Below are positions 57,652 through 64,000 of a DNA stretch of 64,000 nucleotides, in pieces (the first letter of the stretch is position 1; the number at the start of each line of letters is the position of its first letter). The notes beneath the pieces are model-generated. The model had not been told where the DNA came from, did not search any database, and saw only the letters and a program-made list of their open reading frames with translations. The DNA is taken from assembly GCA_963749155.1 (NCBI GenBank), contig CAVVLO010000001.1:576001-640000 (forward strand). Reading direction: 5' to 3'. This stretch comes from an uncultured Armatimonadia bacterium (lineage in GTDB: Bacteria; Armatimonadota; Zipacnadia; CAVVLO01). A program made the position numbers and the translations under genes.

Positions 57652-57879
57652 GTGACCGAACACGGCGCCAGTTTTGCCGTTGGGGACGTGGTGAGACTGC
57701 GCAAGCCTCACCCGTGCGGCAGCTTTACCTGGCAGATATACCGGGTAGGCGCAGATATTGGATTGCGTTGCCAAGGGTGCGGACGACGCGTTATGCTCGT
57801 CCGCGCTGATTTTATGAAACGGTTTACAGGCGTTGAGCAACAAGGGGGGAGTTCGACGCGTGCCAGTGAGGAGGAATAA
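57652..57879 (+). CDS. DUF951 family protein
   Basis: GDVVRLRKPHPCGS..W...RVGADI..RCQGCGR.VM..R. Confidence 0.9.
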   Translation: MTEHGASFAVGDVVRLRKPHPCGSFTWQIYRVGADIGLRCQGCGRRVMLVRADFMKRFTGVEQQGGSSTRASEEE

Positions 57880-57884
57880 CCAGG

Positions 57885-59747
57885 ATGCGTTTTCGCACCT
57901 CTGTCTGTATATTTGCGGGGCTGCTTTGCGCGCTCGTAGCGGGCGCGTGGGCACAGGCCCCCCCCGCCGAGGAAACTGAGTCCGGCAAGAGCTACCACGT
58001 ATTGCCCCTTCAGGTTCGAACCCAGCCCGGCGCGCTGATCTCTCCACTCCATTTCACCACCCGCCTCGAGCAATTCGATGTGGGTGAGACCTGGTCGCGC
58101 CTGGCCGAGGCCGGCTACCAGGTGGTGGCCTTCCCAATGAGCGCCGAACTCACCGAGCGGCCGCAGCAGCTTGCAGCCTTGGCGCAACAGTGCGCGCTCA
58201 ACCAACTGTCAGTGATGGCTTCGTTCTCGGTTAAGGGCACCGAGTTGATACAAGCAGGCGCGGACCAAGCGTTGAAGGCAAGCTTGCTGGACTCGCTGAC
58301 GACTCAGCTTGCGGCCCTCAGAGGCGCCGGCGTGCCCGTAAGGGCGATCGAGCTTACAGTAGAACCGCCGGATTTCCTGACAAAATTACTGACCAGTCAA
58401 GCAAGCGAATTGCAGGCGGTCGAGGATTTTGCCGCTGCTTTCCACCGGCTGGTGACTAACAATTTGCCGGGCGCCGAGTTCGTGTTGCGGGTAGGCAAAG
58501 GCTGGGCAGCACTCGAGCAGTTCCGTGGAGCAGTGGTATTTGGAGCGTTGCCACCTGATTTCCTGGGGGCTCATCTGACAAGCCTGGCTGAGCTGCCGAC
58601 CGAATTGCCTTTGACTCAGGCCTCAAGTGAAACCAGCGCTTCGGCTTTGCCAGTGCTTGTGGAGGTAGATGAATCCGCAGGGCATCAAACTGGCTGGCTG
58701 CAAGATCTCGCAGCTGCCTCTCGGCTTGGCCTGGCGGGGGTTGTCCATAACTGGTCTAGTGCTTTGGCCGGACAATCGGCTCCGCTCCAGTTGCTCAGAG
58801 ACTGGCTTCATTATTCAGGCGCCCCGCTTGTGCCAGCCACCGACCTGCCTGAAGGCCTAAGGCTTATTGGCAGTCGTGAGGGCGCAGTACTTGCTTCCAT
58901 TGCCCACACCACTGAAGAGGCAACTCTGAAGGCAGTGTTGCCTGCGAGCAGAGGCTTCTATCTGTCTACGGCTTTGGTGCTGGATGAGGCTGGGCAGCCC
59001 GCCGCTTTCCCCATCGAAGTCGGTCGGACGCTACTTGCGAAGTCCGGTCAGGTGAGTTGGCAGAGCGCTCTTGCCCCCGGCCAAACGGCTTTGGTACGGA
59101 CAGTCAACCTGCCTTCGGCTTCATATGCCGTTCTGGGGGAGCTACTCGAGGCAATCTCGCAAGCTGCCGCGGAAAGCAGCACTGTGAAAACTTCGATAGC
59201 CAGTGATCTGAAGGCGGTCCGCACCCGACTCGGAGTAGCCCTGACAGGCGATGGCTCGCTTACAAGCGCAACTTTTGCCACTTTGGCTCGAGATGGACTG
59301 ACGGAACTTGGCGCGCTCAGGCTTCAGATTGACAGGAAGCTTGAGGGACTGTCCGATGCCCTGGCTGCAAGGTTGAATACCGCACTGGAAGAATCTGACA
59401 GGCAGCTCTCGCTGCTTAGCTATGCGGCAAGAGGACTCAAACTTACTGCAAAGCCCTCCGCGGAGGAGCCAGGCAAGCTGCTCCTGACCTTAACCAACTT
59501 GGGCGAGGCAACTCTTTTTGACCCGATACTCGAAGTGGTGCCAGAGGTCGGGGCTGCGAATTTCACATCCGCCCCGCGGATTGAGTCAATCAAGCCTGGG
59601 CAGAGCCTTACTTTTACGGTAACAGTCACCCCACCCGCGGATTACAGCGCCACCAGGTTGCCGGTGAAGGCTCTCCTGACCTATTATGACAGAATGGCGG
59701 TCGTCACTAGCGTCCTGGAGGGTCAGGTGCTCCTCGCGCCACGCTAG
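57885..59747 (+). CDS. Secreted hypothetical protein with C-terminal Ig-like domain
   Basis: Signal peptide; C-terminal LTLTNLG...IKPGQSLTFTVTVTPP; GAGGAGG upstream. Confidence 0.65.
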   Translation: MRFRTSVCIFAGLLCALVAGAWAQAPPAEETESGKSYHVLPLQVRTQPGALISPLHFTTRLEQFDVGETWSRLAEAGYQVVAFPMSAELTERPQQLAALAQQCALNQLSVMASFSVKGTELIQAGADQALKASLLDSLTTQLAALRGAGVPVRAIELTVEPPDFLTKLLTSQASELQAVEDFAAAFHRLVTNNLPGAEFVLRVGKGWAALEQFRGAVVFGALPPDFLGAHLTSLAELPTELPLTQASSETSASALPVLVEVDESAGHQTGWLQDLAAASRLGLAGVVHNWSSALAGQSAPLQLLRDWLHYSGAPLVPATDLPEGLRLIGSREGAVLASIAHTTEEATLKAVLPASRGFYLSTALVLDEAGQPAAFPIEVGRTLLAKSGQVSWQSALAPGQTALVRTVNLPSASYAVLGELLEAISQAAAESSTVKTSIASDLKAVRTRLGVALTGDGSLTSATFATLARDGLTELGALRLQIDRKLEGLSDALAARLNTALEESDRQLSLLSYAARGLKLTAKPSAEEPGKLLLTLTNLGEATLFDPILEVVPEVGAANFTSAPRIESIKPGQSLTFTVTVTPPADYSATRLPVKALLTYYDRMAVVTSVLEGQVLLAPR

Positions 59748-59782
59748 AGTCGCAAGCAGATATTTGTGCCCAGGAGGCGCCA

Positions 59783-60229
59783 ATGCCCGAACTGACAAGT
59801 GAGATCCAGATATCAGCGCCGGTCGAGGTCGTCTATGAACTGGCCCAAAACATAGAGGCCTTCCCGGAGTATATGCCCGACATCAAGGAAGTCACCATTC
59901 TCGAGCGCAATGGCAGCGAGCTTGTTAGTCGCTGGGGCAGCTATGTAAAGGAGTTCGCGCGCACTGTCAAGTGGATCGAGAAAGACCACTGGGACGATGA
60001 GAAGCGCGTTTGCACCTTCAGCCAGGTTGAAGGCGACTTCACCGAATACGAGGGTGAATGGTATTTTGAGGCCGACGGTGAGGGCAGCAAGATGCGCCTT
60101 ATCGTGCGGTATGAACTGAATCTGCCTCTGATAGGGGCGCTCATCCAGGGCTTGCTTAAGAAGAAAGTCCAGGAGAACTCCGATAATATGCTGGCCGCGC
60201 TGAAGGAGAAAGCCGAGTCGCTTGCCTGA
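59783..60229 (+). CDS. SRPBCC (START-like/polyketide cyclase) family protein
   Basis: ISAPVEVVYEL...FPEYMP and GDF..YEGEW motifs. Confidence 0.9.
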   Translation: MPELTSEIQISAPVEVVYELAQNIEAFPEYMPDIKEVTILERNGSELVSRWGSYVKEFARTVKWIEKDHWDDEKRVCTFSQVEGDFTEYEGEWYFEADGEGSKMRLIVRYELNLPLIGALIQGLLKKKVQENSDNMLAALKEKAESLA

Positions 60230-61589
60230 GCAAGACCGCCAGGTGATTATTGTTGGCGCAGGACCTGCTGGCCTGTTCGCTGCTGATGAACTGGCTCGTG
60301 CTGGCCTTGATGATATAGTGCTGGTTGATAAAGGCCAGCCTGTCGAGAAGCGTCACTGCCCCTTGCAAGAAGGCGCTGCTGCCTGCGCGCGGTGCAACCC
60401 TTGCGCGTTGATGACAGGCTGGGGCGGTGCTGGCGCTTTTAGTGACGGCAAACTTGGTCTCTCCTATGAGGTAGGCGGCGCCCTGCAGGCTGGCCCTGAG
60501 CTACTCTCCCAGGTAGACCAGCGCTGGGTAGCACTTGGCGCTCCCGAGAAGTTATTGGGTCAGGGGCCTGAAGAGGCGCGCGACCTTATTGATCGGGCTC
60601 ACCGGGCTGAGCTTCAACTGGTACCCTTCCGCCTGCGCCATATGGGCTCTGATGGCTCTCGCGAGGTTGTGCAGCGCCTCTGGGAAACTCTCCACTCGAA
60701 AATCGAACTGCGCCTGAGCGCCGAGGTCACGGAACTGCTTGTGCAAGACCGGCGCATCGCGGGAGTGCGTTTTGCCGATGGCTCCATCTTGCGCGCTCCT
60801 TATGTCATCGTTGCCCCTGGCCGCGAAGGCTCTCACTGGTTCGCTCAGGAGATGCGTCGCCTGAACGTGCCACTCGGCAGCGCGCCGGTCGATGTGGGCG
60901 TCAGAGTAGAAGTGCCCTCTATCATAACTGAAGAGCTGACCAGCAGGCTTTTTGAAGCGAAGCTGGTCTATTACTCGAAAGCTTTCGATGACAAGGTGCG
61001 CACCTTCTGTATGTGCCCGCATGGAGAAGTCATATCGGAGTTCTCCAATGGCGTACTAACAGTCAACGGACAAGCCTTCGCGCGGCGCAAGACCGATCTC
61101 ACCAACTTTGCGGTGCTGGTGTCGGTTCAATTCACAGAGCCTTTCGACCGCCCGATTGAGTTTGGGCGCAACCTGGCCAGCCTCGCCAATATGATAAGTG
61201 GGGGAGTGCTTGTCCAACGTCTTGGCGATCTGCTGAGTGGTCGTCGGACCAACGCCTCACGGCTCGCAAAGAATCTCTTCGCGCCCAGCCTGGCGAGCGC
61301 AGTCCCTGGCGATCTCGGTTTTGCCCTCCCTTACAGGCAATGCACGGATGTAATCGAGCTGATGCAAGCCCTCGATAATTTTTGCCCTGGCCTGGCTTCG
61401 CGCCACACTCTGCTTTACGGCCTCGAAGTAAAGTTTTATTCTCAGAAGGTCCAGGTCAACGCGGAACTGGAAACGCCTGTCGAAGGGTTATTTGCGGTAG
61501 GTGATGGCGCTGGTCTGACCAGGGGGCTGATGCAGGCCTCGGTGTCTGGCGTACTGGCCGCTCAGGCGCTGCTAGGCCGACTGGCCTGA
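60222..61589 (+). CDS. FAD-dependent oxidoreductase with Cys cluster
   Basis: GAGPAG, C..C.PC..GWGGAGAFSDGK, RTFCMCP and GDGAGLTRG. Confidence 0.88.
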   Translation: MPEQDRQVIIVGAGPAGLFAADELARAGLDDIVLVDKGQPVEKRHCPLQEGAAACARCNPCALMTGWGGAGAFSDGKLGLSYEVGGALQAGPELLSQVDQRWVALGAPEKLLGQGPEEARDLIDRAHRAELQLVPFRLRHMGSDGSREVVQRLWETLHSKIELRLSAEVTELLVQDRRIAGVRFADGSILRAPYVIVAPGREGSHWFAQEMRRLNVPLGSAPVDVGVRVEVPSIITEELTSRLFEAKLVYYSKAFDDKVRTFCMCPHGEVISEFSNGVLTVNGQAFARRKTDLTNFAVLVSVQFTEPFDRPIEFGRNLASLANMISGGVLVQRLGDLLSGRRTNASRLAKNLFAPSLASAVPGDLGFALPYRQCTDVIELMQALDNFCPGLASRHTLLYGLEVKFYSQKVQVNAELETPVEGLFAVGDGAGLTRGLMQASVSGVLAAQALLGRLA

Positions 61590-61622
61590 GGATCCAGCCA
61601 TATGATTCACGGGAGGATCGAT

Positions 61623-62426
61623 ATGCCTTCTCTTGCAATTTCGGCAACGCTTCAAACAATCGCTCGGAAGAAGCCCCTCATCCACCACCTGACCAACTGG
61701 GTGACCATTAATGACTGCGCTCAGATTACACGTCACTGGGGTTGTCTTCCCGTAATGGCGCATGCCATCGAAGAGGTCGAGGAGATGGTAAGTATTTCCT
61801 CGGCGCTGGTACTCAATATTGGCACCCTTACAACCGAGTTCATAGACGCGATGGCCCTTGCAGGTCGGAAGGCCAACGCGCGCGGTATTCCCGTTGTGCT
61901 CGATGTCGTGGGCGCAGGTGCTACCCGGTTCAGGACGGAGCAAGCCAGGCGACTACTGGACGAAGTACATATTGACTTTCTCAAGGGTAATGCCGGTGAG
62001 ATAGCCACAATGGCCGGTGTCGAGGCTGAAGTGCGCGGAGTAGAGTCGATTTCGGTTGGTGAAGAACCTGCCGCTGTTGCCAGGCGTCTTGCCTCGCAGC
62101 TTCACACCGTAGTGGTTATCACAGGGGCTGAAGATATCGTCAGCGACGGTCAGCGCACCTGGGGGCTGGCGTATGGACATGAACTGATGGGACGCGTCGT
62201 AGGAACTGGTTGTATGAGTAGCTCCACTGTGGGGTGCTTTGCCTCAGTGCGCGGCAAATCACTTGGCGCTGCGGCTGAAGCGCTGGCTGCCTATGGATGG
62301 GCGGGAGGGCGCGCTGCCGCCAAGGCTGCTGGGCCAGGCGATTTTGTGCCTTGCTTCTTCAATGAGATAACCAAACTGGCAGCCCGGCCAGGTGACCTGA
62401 TGCTCGAGGCAGAGGCGCTCTCCTGA
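61623..62426 (+). CDS. thiM: Hydroxyethylthiazole kinase
   Basis: PLIHHLTNWV, PVMA, LNIGT, KGNAGEI and VGTGC. Confidence 0.96.
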   Translation: MPSLAISATLQTIARKKPLIHHLTNWVTINDCAQITRHWGCLPVMAHAIEEVEEMVSISSALVLNIGTLTTEFIDAMALAGRKANARGIPVVLDVVGAGATRFRTEQARRLLDEVHIDFLKGNAGEIATMAGVEAEVRGVESISVGEEPAAVARRLASQLHTVVVITGAEDIVSDGQRTWGLAYGHELMGRVVGTGCMSSSTVGCFASVRGKSLGAAAEALAAYGWAGGRAAAKAAGPGDFVPCFFNEITKLAARPGDLMLEAEALS

Positions 62427-63064
62427 TGAGGCGCGCCAGGTGGCGGGGGTTTTATTTCATAACTGATTCTGGTCTATCCAGAAACGGAATTCTGGAAGAC
62501 ACCCGGCAAGCGCTTGAGGCCGGGGCTGTTTTGGTGCAATACCGCGAGAAGGCCCTCTCTTTCGAGGCCCGCCTTGCCGAAGCCAGGTCTGTACAAGCCC
62601 TCTGTCGCGCAGCTGGACGGCCTTTCATCCTTAATGACGAGGTCGAGTTAGCCCTGGCTGTGGAAGCGGATGGCCTTCATGTAGGTCAGACTGACACCGA
62701 AGCCCTTACGGCCAGACAAAGACTGGGCAAAAAGGCAATACTCGGAGTATCAGTTGGCTCTCCCGAGGAAGCCCGGGCCGCCGAAGCCGCGGGGGCCAGT
62801 TATCTGGCTGCGAGTCCAGTTTTTGCCACCCCCACCAAACCTGATGCGCCTGAGCCTGTAGGGCTGGAAGGCCTGAGAGCCATCCGGGAAGTGACCGAAC
62901 TCCCTCTGGTGGCTATCGGTGGGGTGAGTGAAACCAACGCAGCCGCGCTCATCGAGGCCGGCGCTGATATGCTTTGTGCTATCTCGGCTTCGCTTGCAGA
63001 TGGAAAAGTAGACGAAAACATCCAGAGATTGTTGATTGCGGCTGGCTTTCGAGGGGAACCATAA
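62426..63064 (+). CDS. thiE: Thiamine-phosphate synthase
   Basis: VQYREK, ILND, DGLHVGQ.D, FATPTK and VAIGG. Confidence 0.95.
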   Translation: MRRARWRGFYFITDSGLSRNGILEDTRQALEAGAVLVQYREKALSFEARLAEARSVQALCRAAGRPFILNDEVELALAVEADGLHVGQTDTEALTARQRLGKKAILGVSVGSPEEARAAEAAGASYLAASPVFATPTKPDAPEPVGLEGLRAIREVTELPLVAIGGVSETNAAALIEAGADMLCAISASLADGKVDENIQRLLIAAGFRGEP

Positions 63065-63073
63065 GCTAGAGAG

Positions 63074-63150
63074 TGGTCGGGGCGACTGGATTTGAACCAG
63101 CGACCTTACGGACCCGAACCGTACGCGCTACCAAGCTGCGCCACGCCCCG
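63074..63150 (-). tRNA. tRNA-Pro (CGG)
   Basis: CGGGGCG acceptor, anticodon arm TACGG-TTCGGGT-CCGTA, GGTTCAAATCC, encoded CCA. Confidence 0.97.
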
Positions 63151-63159
63151 ACGGGCAGG

Positions 63160-63188
63160 ATTATAGCACCCGCCCCGCGGCTGTGCAA
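63160..63188 (-). promoter_or_regulatory. tRNA-Pro promoter
   Basis: Minus strand TTGCAC-N17-TATAAT with an extended -10 TG. Confidence 0.7.
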
Positions 63189-63243
63189 CGATGCGGGTCA
63201 GGTTTCTACCTGCGCTCTCGGGCGGCCCCGAAGGGCAGCCTTC

Positions 63244-63252
63244 TGTTATAAT
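63244..63252 (+). promoter_or_regulatory. Extended -10 promoter for murJ
   Basis: TGTTATAAT. Confidence 0.6.
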
Positions 63253-63280
63253 CCCTGCACTTCACCAAGGGGGTCGGCGC

Positions 63281-64000
63281 TTGACCAAAGGCTCGGCAAG
63301 AGCAGGGCTCTACCTGGCAGCAGGCATCTTCCTCAGTCGCCTGCTGGGGATGCTGCGCGATGCGTTGCTCTCCGACCGTTTCGCGGGCGAGGCAGTGTCG
63401 GTTTTCCTCTATAGCCAGCGGCTTCCCTTCAGCCTTGCGCAACTGCTGGTTGGCGGTGTGACAGCTATCCTCGTGCCCGAACTCGCCGCGAGGCTCGCTA
63501 GTGGTGATAAAGAGCAGGCTTCGCGTCTGGCGCGTGTCGCGCTCAGTTACTGGTTCGCAGGTTTCGCGTTACTCTCGGTGCTTACGATGCTTCTGGCCAA
63601 GCAATTGGCTTTTCTGGTGGCGCCCGAATTACCTGCCGCTGAAATGGACGCTACCGCCGCGATGCTGCGCCAGCTTGCCTGGCTTACCTTTTTCAATGGG
63701 ATGGGTGGCCTTCTCTTTGCCGTTTTACAGGCTACAGAGCGCTTCACTCCCCTTGCGATCGCCCAGTTGATGCCCAACATAGCCATCGTTTTGGCGCTTA
63801 TGTTTTTCGCAGAGCCACTTGGTATCACCAGCGCCGCGGTCGGTACGCTGGTTGGAGGGGTGCTCTACTGCTTGGTTCTTCTTGTCTTCTGGCGCGGGAC
63901 AGGGCTTACTTTCCGGTTCTGCTTCCGGGCCGAGGGGGTTGATTTTTGGCGATTAACCGCACTGACTGTGCCTCTGATCCTTGTAATGGCGGGCTTCGAC
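63281..64000 (+). CDS. murJ: Lipid II flippase MurJ/MviN, 3'-partial, not in the ORF track
   Basis: Hand translation from TTG 63281: ...IFLSRLLGMLRD...SQRLP...ILVP...LQATERF..., open to the window end. Confidence 0.85.
   Translation, partial: MTKGSARAGLYLAAGIFLSRLLGMLRDALLSDRFAGEAVSVFLYSQRLPFSLAQLLVGGVTAILVPELAARLASGDKEQASRLARVALSYWFAGFALLSVLTMLLAKQLAFLVAPELPAAEMDATAAMLRQLAWLTFFNGMGGLLFAVLQATERFTPLAIAQLMPNIAIVLALMFFAEPLGITSAAVGTLVGGVLYCLVLLVFWRGTGLTFRFCFRAEGVDFWRLTALTVPLILVMAGFD

Noticed and set aside
63073..63414. Listed ORFs over the tRNA genes (also 20055-20308)
   Set aside because: They overlap tRNAs and promoters; the real CDS here is murJ from 63281.

Overview
GC-rich bacterial chromosomal window, densely coding and almost all core or metabolic genes. 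I found no integrase, transposase, prophage or CRISPR array. Main contents in order: a mixed pyrimidine/arginine operon (carA'-carB-pyrF-pyrB-argG-argH-pyrK-pyrD); femX-like and topA on the minus strand; envelope genes (Ig/LysM protein, SurA-like PPIase with TPR, GT-C-like membrane protein); tRNA-Asp(GTC); an ADP-ribosylglycohydrolase/beta-helix/GH32 operon; a MalK-type ATPase, Fe-ADH and tatC; a stand-alone two-gene secretin module; a ~20 kb plus-strand run (ilvE-mcsA-mcsB-clpC-radA-PIN/TRAM-ispD-ispF-hpf-tatA-moxR triad and more); folE2, a DegT aminotransferase, a GH42-like hydrolase, thiM-thiE, tRNA-Pro(CGG) and the 5' part of murJ. Firmicute-style mcsA-mcsB-clpC-radA-yacL-ispDF synteny together with an outer-membrane secretin suggests a diderm Terrabacteria lineage such as Armatimonadota (inference only). 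Five genes carry single +1 frameshifts, most likely sequencing errors. Best leads: (1) an orphan secretin with a Gly/Ser/Gln/aromatic loop, paired with a barrel-less paralog ending in an Asn-rich tail; (2) an McsB that looks catalytically dead, with no ctsR and a separately promoted clpC whose SD sits in a hairpin; (3) PyrB fused to only the PyrI zinc domain; (4) two Cys-motif microproteins missed by the ORF track; (5) a probable leaderless transcript. All family assignments come from motif recognition by eye, not database searches.
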